64,000 nt of DNA from Octopus sinensis (GCF_006345805.1 NC_042998.1:119412001-119476000), one strand, 5' to 3'; numbered from the stretch's first letter, positions 1 through 12,701 are shown. Numbers and translations: made by a program. Notes: a model not told the origin generated them from the letters alone.

Positions 1-180
1 CTGGCTAAGCGAGCAGGCCAACAGAAGAAAGATTGAGAAAGTTGTGGTGAAAGAATACAACAGGGATCACCACCACCCCCTGTCGGGGCCTCGTGGAGCT
101 TTAGGTGTTTTTGCTCAATAAACACTCACAAAGCCCGGTCTGGGAATCGAAACTGCCTTAACCAATGGGCCATTGCGCCT
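1..180 (-). mobile_element. tRNA-derived SINE fragment (family C, same as 6270-6560)
   Basis: Shares ccaccaccc..ctcgtggagctttaggtgttt..gctcaataaacac..ggtctgggaatcgaaac with 6420-6515. Confidence 0.65.
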
Positions 181-194
181 CCACATATATATAT

Positions 195-690
195 ATATAA
201 ATCGCAGTATGTGTATGTATAATGACTAACGCATACATTTCCACAATTCTCAACCGATTTTCTCCAAACTTTACACACACACATCACTTATGTCCCAAGG
301 ATAGTCATGCACTATGACGTTTTGCCCAGAGCTCCCGCGTAAATGGACGTAAATGGACATGTTTTTTTTTTTGGTATGTAGGGACTTACTTATTTATCTT
401 TTTATTAAAGTGAAAGAAGTTTGTCTATTTATTTATTTCCACTGTCCACCTATATAAATCACAGTATGTGTGTGTATGATGAGTAACGCATACGTTTCCA
501 CAATTCTCAACCGATTTTCACCAAACTTTACGCACACATTACTTATATCCCAAGGATGGCCATTCACTATAACATTTTGCCCAGAGCTCCTGCGTAATTG
601 GACGTAAATGGACATAGTTTGTTTTTTGTTTTTTTCGTATGTGGGGTCTTCCATACTTCTTTAATATTTTTATAAAAGTGAAAGGATGAA
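195..690. repeat. Tandem duplication of an ~250-bp unit
   Basis: tatataaatc.cagtatgtg...ttccacaattctcaaccgatttt..ccaaacttta...ttgcccagagctcc.gcgtaa.tggacgtaaatggacat...aaagtgaaag occurs at ~197-420 and ~451-685. Confidence 0.85.
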
Positions 691-1214
691 TATACAATAC
701 CAAACTATTTTAATCTATATATTTAAACTGCATTAAACTTTGGCAAGCTTACTTTTTACCTATTCTGAATTTACTTGAAAGGTGATGTTCCCTTCTCTCT
801 CTTGTATTTGTTGATGCCTTTGTTTACCTTTGATACCGTTCTTTCAGTTTAAGGATGCTAATTTACTCATTTATTAAGATATTTCACAGAGGGGAAGTTT
901 CAAGGTTTTCTTTCAATTTCCTTATACCATTTATGCGGCTGTTTCTGACAAGAAATTTCTCTTTCATGTAAAACAACTATATTTCATAGTTATTATCCGT
1001 AATCTACTCCCAAAACACTTCAGTAGCTCTAGTTTGCATCGCTTGCAAACTTATACCTTCTATGATCATTAAAGTGCAACGACCTCCACAATAACCAGCC
1101 TTCAATTTTATTTTCCGTTCCAGGGTTAATCGGAAACATAGATTGCCATGCTACTCATAAACCTTCCAGGTAGTTCAATTATTTGGTGGAAAAAATACCA
1201 CCAAAGCAACTTAA

Positions 1215-1242
1215 ACCGTCCAAAGGACGAGTGCGTTTGCTA

Positions 1243-1245
<3 letters not shown>
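1215..1245 (+). mobile_element. Helitron-like 3' terminus
   Basis: Hairpin cgtcc-aaa-ggacg followed ~10 nt later by CTAG and a TA tract. Confidence 0.4.
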
Positions 1246-1314
<69 letters not shown>

Positions 1315-1375
1315 TATATATATATGTATATCATATATATATCATCCATCTTTTACTGAAGCCATGTTGGGATAC

Positions 1376-1567
1376 CTATTTCTTTACTACCCACAAGGGG
1401 CTAAACACAGAGAGGACAAACAAGGTCAGACAAACGGATTAAGTCGATTATATCGACCCCAGTGCGTAACTGGTACTTAATTTATCGACCCCGAAAGGAT
1501 GAAAGGCAAAGTCGACCACGGCGGAATTTGAACTCAGAACGTAACGGCAGACGAAATACGGCTACGT
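1376..1567 (-). mobile_element. tRNA-derived SINE (family B)
   Basis: Reverse complement of the 31661-31866 copy, including B-box-like gagttcaaattcc. Confidence 0.8.
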
Positions 1568-1582
1568 TCTGAGTTCAAAATG

Positions 1583-1760
1583 GCTACTTGACTGAAGCCG
1601 TGTTGGGATACGGCCACGAAGAATTTTAGTCGATCGAATCGACCTCAGTACTTCATTTTTAAGCCTGGTGCTTATTCTGTCTGTCTCTTTTTGCCTTACC
1701 GCTAAATTACTGGGACATTAATACACAAACACCGGTGGTGGGGAACAAACACATACACAA
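1583..1760 (-). mobile_element. 3' half of SINE family A
   Basis: Reverse-complement match to 6060-6235. Confidence 0.6.
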
Positions 1761-1785
1761 AGACATGCACACATACACACACACA

Positions 1786-1852
<67 letters not shown>

Positions 1853-2928
1853 GTATATAATGGTGGCTTGTTCGCAATTTTACAACCGAAGGCAGAAATA
1901 TACACCTCGCTAAAGTGACTGAGGGCATTAGTCAGCATTAGTATTGCTAGAAATAAGAATTCCAAGGCACTGAGGAAACTTGCCTCTCTTGTCAGTTATT
2001 AAGATAAGGTGCTCCTTGTGGCTATGAGTTGTTTTAACTCTTATAACTAGTAATACTGGTGCTGACTAGTGCCCTCAGTTACTTTAGTGACGTCACTCTC
2101 AGTGCTACTGGTAACATGTAACCTAATACACCCTGCCCCATGGTCATACCGTCGACGACTAAACCGGTAAACCTACAATGTCTACGTAGTAAGGAGGGCG
2201 ATTTTCGTTGGACACGATGCAGGTTGGAAAACGGGCATGTCATAGAGTCAACGACCATTCAACAGTTGGGCGGGAGAAACCTCAGGTCTTTGTTTAGACA
2301 GCTCTCTACGGAAGTGCAGTTCCGAAATAACACCTGCCTCATCGCGAACCACAGATATTGCTACTGCTTGTGCGCCTTGAATGTAATTCTCATACCGTAT
2401 CAGTTTGATACAATATATGACAAGGCTGCATTGCATGTGCGATCCTTGCAACGGATTCGTACACAGTTTAGCCTACCAAGTTCATCTTACAAGGCTTGGA
2501 CCTACCCGAGGCTACTGTAAAGAAAAGAGAAACACATGCCGATGAGGCCTCGCAGAAGAATGGATCTCGAAACCTCGTGATTGCGTTATTTTGATATGTC
2601 TGTATTTAGATAAATATATTAACGACTTTGTATATTTAAATGCACATATATATGTATGTCATTATGTGAGTGCGTGAATGTTGATATGTGTGTGTGAGTG
2701 TGAGTGTGTGTGTATGATCTTTATAGATATATATACATATACATGCATAGCAATCTTGCAATACAAAAACGATGTAAATTTTATTCATAGATAGATAGAT
2801 ACATACATACAAATGTGTATATATGTATGTATATGCATATATATATGTATGTATGTATATATATGTATATTTATGCATATGTATATATAAATACATACAT
2901 ATACGTATATATATATGTATAATGTATG

Positions 2929-2967
<39 letters not shown>

Positions 2968-2968
2968 T

Positions 2969-3005
<37 letters not shown>

Positions 3006-3954
3006 GGGAGTGAGTGTGCGTGTTTGTGTGTGTGTATGTATGTATGGATGTACGTATTAAAGTATTATGTATGTACGTGTGTGTGTGTTAATGTAACTGA
3101 CAAAAGCAATGCGAGAGAGAAAAGAAAAGAGAAGAGGTGTTGCTGACGATGTCATAGAAGTAGTCACCGCACAGTAAACGATCGTTATTATCACGTCTCT
3201 GTGAATTTGCCCATTTTCTTTCCTTGGTTTAGATCTAATATAATTATAGTCTATTGTCAAATTCCTTATGCAGCATTCATTTCTTTCTACGTGATTTTGA
3301 AGCAATGAAAATACTAAGAAGGATATTAATGCAACAAATGAATGATATATATAAATATATAACAAGAACTAAAATCAGTGGAGAGGACAAATCTCACAAT
3401 TTACAGATAAAAATTATGAATGAATTGATGAATTATGGAATGAATGAAGGAGTGAATTATGGAATGAAAGAAGATGCTAGATGAAGGAATGGCTGGTTTG
3501 CTGGCTGGCTTCCTTGCTGGCTTGCTGGCTGGCTAGCTAGATGGATGGAGGGATGGATGGATGGACGGACGGACGGACGGACAGACCGACCGACCGACCA
3601 ATCGACTAATCGACTGACCGACGAGTGGAGGGATGATATCTACGAAATTTACATAGTCTTCGAGAAACACGTGTACGTTCAGAGCGCAAACATTACCGAC
3701 TGGTTATGAAGTCTGTTTCGCAATCATGAAGCAGTCATGGTCAAAAACGGAGGTTGATTCAATCGACTGATCTTACTTCTCAAACTGGTGGCCTCCTTCT
3801 AATCTAAGAAATCAATATATTAATATTGCAGTTCTATATTTAAGAGATGAGGAATTATGTACATTATTCCTCATCTCAAATATCCATCGAATGTACGTTA
3901 TATACTATCCACTCCAATTATGAAGAAGAGAGAGGATGAGGCAATAAACTGTCC

Positions 3955-4400
3955 ACAGTCTGTCTACCCTATGTGAAAGGCCTCTCCGAAAAGATACAAA
4001 AGATATGCAGCCCATATGACATCAGGACAGTATTCAAAAGTAATACAACACTTTGCAAATATCTCCTTCGAGTAAAACCACCAATAGAAGAGAATATGAC
4101 CAAAGACTGCGTGTACTCCATCCCATGCAGCTATGGTAGGATATTCAAAGGCGAAACATGCCGCCCCCTCAAAATACGGGTAAACGAACATCGCAAAGCT
4201 GTGACACGAGGAGATATTGATAAATCAGGTATAGCTGATCATCACGTATAAGAAAATGGAGACCACCTCCCTCTGTGGGATGAAGTTAAAATAATAGACA
4301 GAGAAAACACTGGAAAATACGAAAACTAAAAGAAGCAGCACATATGCTAGGATACAACAACCTCCTAAGCAGACCGAGTGCAGATATGAGCAGCATATGG
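3955..4400 (+). mobile_element. Penelope-like element 3' fragment with GIY-YIG endonuclease (degenerate)
   Basis: LPYVKGLSEKI...CVYSIPCSYGRIFKGETCRPLKIRVNEHRK...KSGIADH; GIY-YIG-type VY.IPC..C...Y.GET.R.L..R..EH pattern; stops and frameshifts downstream. Confidence 0.85.
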
Positions 4401-4466
4401 GAACCGGTATTAAGGAAGGATAGAAAAATATTAGATTTATAAGCCCTAAAATTCAATACCTAATTG

Positions 4467-4610
4467 CCCACGGTCATATGGCGTAGTGGTTAAGAGCGCA
4501 GGCTACTAACCCCAAGATTCCGAGTTCGATTCCAATCAGTGATCTGAACTCTAGTAATAATAATAACATCGAAAAATACCTCAGGAATGTGAACTCAGGT
4601 TCCAACTTTC
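4467..4610 (+). mobile_element. tRNA-like head + (TAA)n module, truncated before the hammerhead, directly downstream of the Penelope ORF
   Basis: A-box-like tggcgtagtggtt and B-box-like gagttcgattcc, then taataataataac and atcgaaaaatacct.aggaatg.gaac.caggttc, as in 47780-48115. Confidence 0.75.
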
Positions 4611-5693
4611 CTCCGCCTTTGTGCCATTCTTTTTTTTTTAGGACAAGTATAAGACAAATAATTCTGGGGAAGAGAACAGTTTAAATCTATGTCAGTATCT
4701 GATTCTAATTTTTACGACTCTGGAAAGATAAAAACCGACATGAGTGACATTCGAACTCAGAACAGAGAGTAACATAATATAAATGAAGATATTCTGTCCA
4801 ATACACCTCAGATTTTCCTAACCACTGTAGGAGACTATTGCAGTGTTTATTCCATTCTTTCGAATGGCTCCATCCTAGGAGATGTCACAGTTTTTTCTGA
4901 CATGAAACGATCAAGAGGAACGAGTTTATCAGCTTTCAGAACATCCACTATAATAATATCTATTAGTTGTTAACATAGTCTGTCACAAGACCGCACAAGA
5001 CTTTTTTTTTGTTTTATTTTGTTTTGTTTTTTTGGAGTTATTTTTTTTCCGTCGTTCTACCAGGTCTCTCAATGCAAAGACAACTATAAAAATATACGGA
5101 AAATAAAACTAAGCGATGAAAAATACATAGAAATACATCGTATTTTAAAATTCTTCCGCTTGACAAATGCCAAACTAGGAATCAAAGTAAAATGTTATTC
5201 TTAAAAGGTCAATTTAACTCTGCAATTGCAATTCTTGACTGTTATTAGACAGAATTATACAGTATTTTCTATTTAATGTACCCAATTAAGATCTCATTAA
5301 TAGGTTGCTAAATCTATCATCAACAAAAATATTTCTAAATTTTCTTTTTCCCTAGATATCTGTCTGCCTGTCTGGCTGATTGGGAGACTTTTTAAAAAAT
5401 TTTAAAATTCTTTTTGTTTATTCTCCCTCTCTCTCTTTCCTCCTCACGCTGTGTGTGTGTACATAAGTACGTACGTACGTAAGTACGTACGTACGTACGT
5501 ATGTATGTATGTATGTATGTATGTATGTATGTATGTATGTATGATGTATGTAACCACTCTAAGCTTTCTAATACTCTCTGGTATACAATTATATGTAAAT
5601 TTGTATATGTCTATATGTGCGTGTATGCAAAAATATATTGTCTATATGGAGTATGTATATGAGTGTGTATGTATATATATATAAATAGGCTTA

Positions 5694-6240
5694 GGCGTAG
5701 GAGCGGCTGTGTGGTAAGTAGCTTGCTTATCAACCACATGGTTCCGGGTTCAGTCCCACTGCGTGGCACCTTGGGCAAGTGTCTTCTACTATAGTCTCGG
5801 ATCGACCAAAGCTTTGTGAGTGGATTTGGTAGATGGAAATTGAAAGAAACCCATCGTATATAAGTGGTGTATATATATAATATATATATATATTATAATA
5901 TATATATTATATAACTATATATATATATATATATATAATATGTATAATGTATGTATGTATGTATGTATGTTGTATGTATGTATGATGTATGTATGTATGT
6001 ATGTAATGATTGTATGTATGTATGTATGTATGTGTGTGTGTGTATGTTTGTGTGTCTGTGTTTGTCTCCCCAACATCGCTTGACAACCGATGCTGGTGTG
6101 TTTACGTCCCCGTAACTTAGCGGTTCGGCAAAATAAACCGATAGAATAAGTACTAGGCTTACAAAGAATAAGTTCTTGGGTCGATTTGCTCCAGCATGAC
6201 CACAGTCAAATGACTGAAACAAGTAAAAGAGTAAAAGAGA
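5694..6240 (+). mobile_element. Full-length tRNA-derived SINE family A with internal TA/TATG expansion
   Basis: Head ggcgtaggagcggctgtgtggtaag...ccgggttcagtccc; tail gactgaaacaagtaaaagagtaaaagag; homologous copies at 7655, 17625, 48140. Confidence 0.85.
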
Positions 6241-6269
6241 GTATATATATATATATTTATTATTTATGA

Positions 6270-6560
6270 AATCTTTTCATGCCTAGCCAGGTTCATGGGC
6301 CCGGTTTCCCGGTTTATGTGGCGTATGTGCTTCCCCTAGTTGAACGGGACGCCAGTCCATTGCAGCGTTACCCAAGAAACAGGAAGAAAGAGTGAGAGAA
6401 AGTTAGGGCAAAAGAGTACAACAGGAGTAGCCACCACCCTCTGCTGGTGTCTCGTGGAGCTTTAGGTGTTTTCGCTCAATAAACACACACAACGCTCGGT
6501 CTGGGAATCGAAACCGCGATCTTTCGACCGCGAGTCCGCTGCCCTAGCCACTGGGCCATG
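6270..6560 (-). mobile_element. tRNA-derived SINE family C
   Basis: Minus-strand head atggcccagtggctagggcagcggactcgcggtcgaaagatcgcggtttcgattccc has A/B boxes. Confidence 0.75.
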
Positions 6561-6815
6561 TATGTATGTGTGTGTTTACACGTGTGTATGCATATTTATG
6601 TGCATATGTGTATGTGTATGCATGTGTGTGTAGGTATGTATGTAAACCACATGGTTAACTCGATGAGAGGATACTAAATATATGCTCATTAAACGTATGC
6701 ATGAAATGCTGTAAATTTGTCCATAATATTTTAGTTAATTAATTAATGTGTGTGTGCATATGTGTGTATTGGTGTGTCTATGTGTGTGTGTGAGTGTGTG
6801 CGTGTGTGTGTGTGT

Positions 6816-6880
<65 letters not shown>

Positions 6881-7048
6881 TGATCCTCAGAGTAGTCGAG
6901 AAAAAGGCTAAAATCTTTTTGGCAACATTGTACAGGCACACGCATTTAAGTGTACATGCACACACATATAAATACCCCCAGACACACCCACACCAACTCA
7001 CGCCTTTATGTATGTATGTATGTATGTATGTATGTATGTATGTATGTA

Positions 7049-7079
<31 letters not shown>

Positions 7080-7654
7080 TGTGTGTGTGTGTATTAAGAG
7101 TGTTTTCTTACAGTTAAGCTAGAAAGAGGAGGGCTGGTTCATAATGATAGCGATCTAAGAATATCTTTATTCAGAAGTATCAGTTGAGCCCCTATTCTCA
7201 TGATAGTCAATGATATTGTTCCCCAGCTATATTTAGCATTAGCTAGTTATTTAAAGGACCTCATAAAAAAACAAATAAACAAACAAGCAAATAAATAGAC
7301 CACATTTTAGGTACACTCTATGGTATCGAGTTCGAAGTTTGTTTCTCACAACAATTAACATTTTTTCCTATCTTCATTTGCCAGTTTGGATGCCAAATAT
7401 TAACCTCCTTCACTAGCACCGCTAGCATCACCACCGCCGCTAACACCGCCAACACAACCGTAACCACAATTACGGCCGCACTAGCATAACCGCTATTACT
7501 AACAACAACGACAACAACAACAACCACAACAACAATAACGACAACAACAACACTACCACGACCATCACCACTACCACCACTATCGTCACTAACACCGCCG
7601 TAACTACAACTATTTGCACAATCAAAAGCAACCAGATTACTTGAGAAATGAAGG

Positions 7655-7817
7655 GCTTGCCACACGTGGCTGTGTGCTAAGAAGTTTGATTCCCAAACAT
7701 ATGGCTCCGAGTTCAGTTCCACAGCGTAACACCTTGGCTAAGTAACCTCTACTATAACCTCGGGCTGACTCAAGCCTTGTGAGTGGATTTCGTAGGCAGA
7801 ACTGAAAGAAGCCCATC

Positions 7818-7898
<81 letters not shown>

Positions 7899-8100
7899 GT
7901 GTGTGTGTGTGTGTATTTGTCCCCCCCCCACCACCACACTTGACAATCAGGATTAGCGCGTTTACCTCCTCGTAAACTAACAGTCCGGCAAAAGTGACCG
8001 ATAGAATGAGAAAGTACTAGGGTCGATCCGGTCGATTATAACTCTTCGAGATGGTGCCAAAGCATGGCCACAGTCTAATGACTGAAGCAAGTAAAAGACA
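7655..8100 (+). mobile_element. SINE family A copy
   Basis: Colinear with 5694-6240. Confidence 0.75.
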
Positions 8101-8810
8101 ATAGATACAAGAAAAAAGATAAATTCATCTCAAGTAACAGCTTATCGTTTTAAAAATGTGAATGACGATATAGGCTGAGATTCAGTGGTTGATTACGGTT
8201 GGAATATCTTAGATCTCAGATGTGTGCGGTTATGGCTTGACTATGTATTAAACAAGATTACTACAGCTGTTTCCATACTCTCTAGCATAAACAACAAGAC
8301 GAAAAAGGTACCAGTATGTGGTGCCTCATACAACTAGAAATAGTGACTAATGTTCTCTCAAATCAAAGTTGTTATAAACAAAGAAAGTCAACATGGCCAA
8401 TATAACTCTAGATATACAAAAAGGTGGAATGGCCACTATGAAATGCCTTTGTTCCTAAGTCTGTTCATTCAGAACTGACCTGTGGCAAAACAACGAGTCA
8501 ATGAAAAAAGCATGATCGCTCGTGCTTCTAGAAAAAGTAGCGGGATCTTGCACAAATCACATCCTTGCCGCCTAAAAGGAAAGGAAAGCCACATTAGATA
8601 ACCCATTATATCATTACTTTTGTGAAATGATAGAATCTTATTTGAGTAATAATTGGCTTCTATTTTTAGCAAGACGAATTTTCGAAAAGACGCTTTGTTA
8701 TCAGTCTCGTGCTGTCGTCATTGCAGATGTTCTTGTTCTTGTTATTATTGTTGCTGTTGTGCAGTTGTATTGATGATGACAGCGACAACAACGACGGGAA
8801 AAAGAAAGAG

Positions 8811-8907
8811 GAGGAGGAGCCGGGGGAGGAGGAGCCGGGGAGGAGGAGCCGGGGGAGGAGGAGCCGGGGGAGGAGGAGCCGGGGGAGGAGGAGCCGGGGG
8901 AGGAGGA
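8811..8907. repeat. GC-rich minisatellite, ~15-bp unit GGAGGAGCCGGGGGA, about 6 copies
   Basis: Directly visible tandem array. Confidence 0.9.
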
Positions 8908-9129
8908 TGTTATTCTAACTGTCCAGCCCCACTTCAGCCCTTACCGAACAGACAGACCTATGATGAAAGACGTATTGTTCTTGCTTTTGTTTATTTGCTG
9001 TTGTTTTGTTTGTTTTGTTTTTTGGTTTGCTTCTTTTTTTATTTTTCAACATGGTCTCTCTCTAAGACAACAGAGATGCTGTGAACCAGAATGGAGAAAG
9101 CATTTGACAGAGTGAGCCCAGTAATAGAT

Positions 9130-10010
9130 CGCAAACCAAATTAACAGCCTCCTGTCACCCACCCATTGTGTTTAAGAACTTGATGAGTGTCAGTAAGAGG
9201 ATTTTGAAGCTGTCCTCAAATAAAGATGTTTTCGACGCTGTGACCCCCTATCACAATGAGGTTTTCACAGCCAGCAGGTTAAGAAATGGTATCTTCTTTA
9301 TGCTGGAATCTAGCATCCACAAAAGAAATCGCCACCATAAGGTCATTTAATTTGCCCTAACCTTCTCACTTAACGTCAAAGCTTGCGTGGGGAGCATATT
9401 TCTTAGGTTAGTGGATAGGCAATTCACGCAATCCCATAGGTACGGACGATTGATTAATAGACACAACATAAGGGACTCGTTCAACTGTACGCCCAGTGTT
9501 AAAAATATTTTAGTGAACGCCTCTGAATCCCGCACAGAGACAGGGTGCACATGCAGGGTTAATAGTGAACACCCAGTAAAGAGTTGATGCAACTCCGGGG
9601 CCATGGTCTATAAGACAAGGATGGTGTCCGTTAGAAACAAGAGCAGCAGTAACAACAGCAGCACCAACTACGTCAGAACACAGACTCGGAAATATGTTGG
9701 AGCAGCGGAGGGCCCTTTAAGCTGCAACTAAATAACCAAACGTCCCCTTTTTTAATACCAGAGAGGCGCAACGTTACAACTTTGACCAACTACATATGGC
9801 ATTTAAAAGAAGAGGGGTCGCTATACAAGATTAAATGGCAGCTCCTTGAACAGACTGGACCGTACCTCAAGGAAGCAGATGATGCAAGCTTTGCTTGGCT
9901 GAGAGGACAAGGATCTTTAAAAATTTGCTTGACCCGACACCTTCTAAAATTCCAGAAGTGAAATGTTTGGTGGATGCCTTTATGAAAGAAGTTTCATGTT
10001 GGAGACATGG
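9130..10010 (+). mobile_element. Degenerate Penelope-like element (RT C-terminus + GIY-YIG)
   Basis: LSSNKDVFDAVTPY...KRNRHHKVI.F...FSLNVK...FLRLVDRQF...RHNI and KYVGAAEGPFK...TTLTNYIWHLKE..YKIKWQLLE..CKLCLAE segments across frameshifts. Confidence 0.75.
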
Positions 10011-10414
10011 AGTTCACCACTCACTGACGACGACTAGAACCGTACAAGGGAGATAATTCCCTCTCGACCAGAAGGGATTTTCGCTTCGAAGAATTTCGAT
10101 TCGAGGGTGGGGGTTGGGATTCACAACTCTGCTGACCAAGACTATATTCTTATTTCCATTAGTATAGTGGCTATATACCTCCGGCCAGCGAGTCTAGTAG
10201 GTCGCCTATATTGCTAAGAGCAATAATAGACTTGAAACCAAAGGTAACTTTCTGACCTGCCATAACTAACAACTACATAAAATATTACTATTCAGAAGAA
10301 TTTTTAGAGTATGCTTTTCTTTCGGATTTATGAATATCAGACCGAAATAGATATCATGTTGAATCGTTAGCTCCTGCACGCATTTTTTTCTCTCCTTGTT
10401 TCTTTTCTGTGTAA

Positions 10415-10450
10415 CTTTCTGTCGAAGAGCGTAGGCTAGAAACGTAAAAG
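10415..10450 (+). ncRNA. Minimal hammerhead-like motif in 5' pLTR (core CUGUCGA)
   Basis: CUUU-CUGUCGA-A-GAGC GUAG GCUA-GAAAC-GUA-AAAG; stem I CUUU/AAAG, stem II with one mismatch. Confidence 0.55.
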
Positions 10451-12527
10451 ACTTGTTTTATTTCTATTCCTGAGCGCCATACTAATACAATTGTTTGTTT
10501 GTACTCCACCTGTCTTCGTCTTTTGTTTATATTCGTAAACCTTCCCGTTATGTATATATATATATAACGCGAATGGGCCCCAACTATGCGAACCTGTTCG
10601 TTGGCTATGTTGAGGCCCAAATATTCTCTACTTTCACTGGTCCCACTCCTGAACTATATGGTCGTTATATTGACGACATTATCGGTGCCACCTCACTCTC
10701 CCGCGAACATCTAGATTCCTTCCTCTCTTTCGTCCAATCTTTCCATCCAGCCCTCCACTTCACTTCCACTATCTCCAACACCTCTGTCTCCTTCCTCGAC
10801 ATTTCGGTTAGCATTCTTGACTCCACTCTACCACCTCCATTCACTACAAACACACAGACTCACACTCATACCTCAACTTCTCTTCCTCCCACCCAGAACA
10901 CACCAAGCTTTCCATCCCCTATTCCCAATTCCTCCGTCTACGTAGGCTCTGTAGTGACGACCATGACTTTGAGACTCAGTCTCAACGTATGGCTCACCAC
11001 TTCACCCTACGTGGATACCCCCTCACCACTATCCACACCGCCCTTGCCAGAGCACGGTCCGTGGACCGTGTATCTGCTCTCTCACCCCGAACCCGCCCTG
11101 TAGTCTCCCGCCTCCCTTTTCCCCTCACTTACCACCCCACGACCCTACGTCTCCAACGCACCATTCTTCGAGCTTTCCGTCATCTCCAGTCCGACCCGTC
11201 CACTTCACACCTCTTCCCTAACCGACCCCTCCCCTCTTTCAAACGAGCCCACAACCTTCGAGACTTTTGGTCCATAGCTCCTTCCCTGACCCTACCTCCA
11301 ACCCGGCTCGTCCCCTGCCCCGCCCACGTTGCCGCACTTGCTCTTACCTCTCCAACACCACCCGCCTCACTAGCACCCACCATCGACCCTATCCCATCAT
11401 CCACTCCTTCACCTGCACCTCCAGCAATATTATCTATTGCATCTCTTGCTCTCTCTGCAATTCCTGTACATCGGACAAACGGGACGCCGCTTGGCTGACC
11501 GGTTCGCGGAACACCTTCGTGACATCCACCTGCGAACGACACACCGGTCTCACGCCATTTCCGCTCCACCGGTCACTCCTTGCAACACCTATCTGTGTTC
11601 GGTTTGTCCTTACACAGAGGCCATCCGGATTCCCGTTTGCGCCGTGAACAGAATTAATCTTCTCTCTTCGCTCTATACGCCATTTGGTCTCAACTCTCCC
11701 CCCCTCCTCATCTAACCCCCCTCTCCCCCTCCTCACCTATCCTTTCTCCACCGACCCCACTTCTTCAGTCCTTCATCCTTTCACCCCTACTCCCCTTCCC
11801 TTCTTCCCTCTTTCTCCCTCCCTCTTCCTCTTCCCTCTGCTCCTCACTCCTCTCTTCCTTCTCTCTCCCCCTCTCCCCCCTCTTTCCTCCTTCATCCTCT
11901 CCTCCCCTTCCTTCTCCCCATCCTCTCCTCTTCACCCTCCCCTCCCCCTCTTCTTCCCCTCCCCTTCTCCCCCTCTTCTCCCTCCCCCTCTTATCCTCAC
12001 TACACCACATGACTTTACACATCACATCACATATGATGTGCCATACTAATACACACACCAACTAATACATACTAATACGTACTAATACATACTAGTACAT
12101 ACTAATACTTACACCAACCCTATACATACACACGTCAGACCCCGCATACGCACTTATACTCTCTCACACACACACACACACACCATACATACCAATACGT
12201 ACTAATACATACTAATACATACTAATACATACACCAACCCCATACATACGCACGTCCAGACCAATCCCACGCACTAATACTCTCTCATACAACCACACAC
12301 ACACACACACCCTTATACATACTAATACATACACCAACCCTATACATACACATCCAGACCCTCCCACGCACTTTTAGCTGGTCCCTCAACCCTATTATCC
12401 CCTTATTTCGCTCTCGCGTCTCATGTTGATCTTTGACTCTGGCCGAAATCAGATCGCCATGTTGATTCGTTAGCTACTGCACGCATTTTTTTTCTCTCCT
12501 TCTTTCTGTGTTTTTCTCTCTTGTGTA

Positions 12528-12565
12528 TCTTTCTGTTGAAGAGCGTAGGCTCGAAACGTTAAAGA
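12528..12565 (+). ncRNA. Minimal type I hammerhead-like motif in 3' pLTR (core CUGUUGA)
   Basis: UCUUU-CUGUUGA-A-GAGC GUAG GCUC-GAAAC-GUU-AAAGA; perfect stems I and II, palindromic AACGUU stem III, U at core position 6. Confidence 0.65.
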
Positions 12566-12662
12566 CTTGTTTTATTTATATTTCCTGAGCGCCATACTAA
12601 TACAATTGTTCGTTTGTTTTCCACCTGCCTTCGTCTTTTGTTTATTTTCATAAAGCTTCCCG

Positions 12663-12701
<39 letters not shown>

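Larger units (their letters stand above)
10350..12665 (+). mobile_element. 5'-truncated Penelope-like element flanked by ~200-bp direct repeats (pseudo-LTRs at ~10350-10548 and ~12457-12665)
   Basis: RT MGPNYANLFVG...RYIDDI (10570-10830); GIY-YIG CTSSNIIYCISCSLC / LYIGQTGRRLADRFAEH (11400-11530); near-identical flanking repeats, each with a hammerhead-like motif. Confidence 0.9.

Noticed and set aside
2140-2520. 126-aa plus ORF; the minus frame has EVSPAQLLNGR, reminiscent of Gypsy integrase SPAELL.GR
   Set aside because: A single short motif with no other LTR-element evidence; unclassifiable without a search
2538-2580. CCGATGA...GAAAC hammerhead-like spacing
   Set aside because: Core mutated and no convincing stem II or stem I pairing
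4475-4545. tRNA gene call for the module heads (loop CTACTAA)
   Set aside because: A/B boxes are present but the acceptor stem does not close and the heads run into repeat bodies; treated as SINE-like heads, not tRNAs
8653-9084. 143-aa ORF with Cys-, Arg- and Gly-rich stretches
   Set aside because: Produced by TGT/GAG microsatellites and the 15-bp minisatellite
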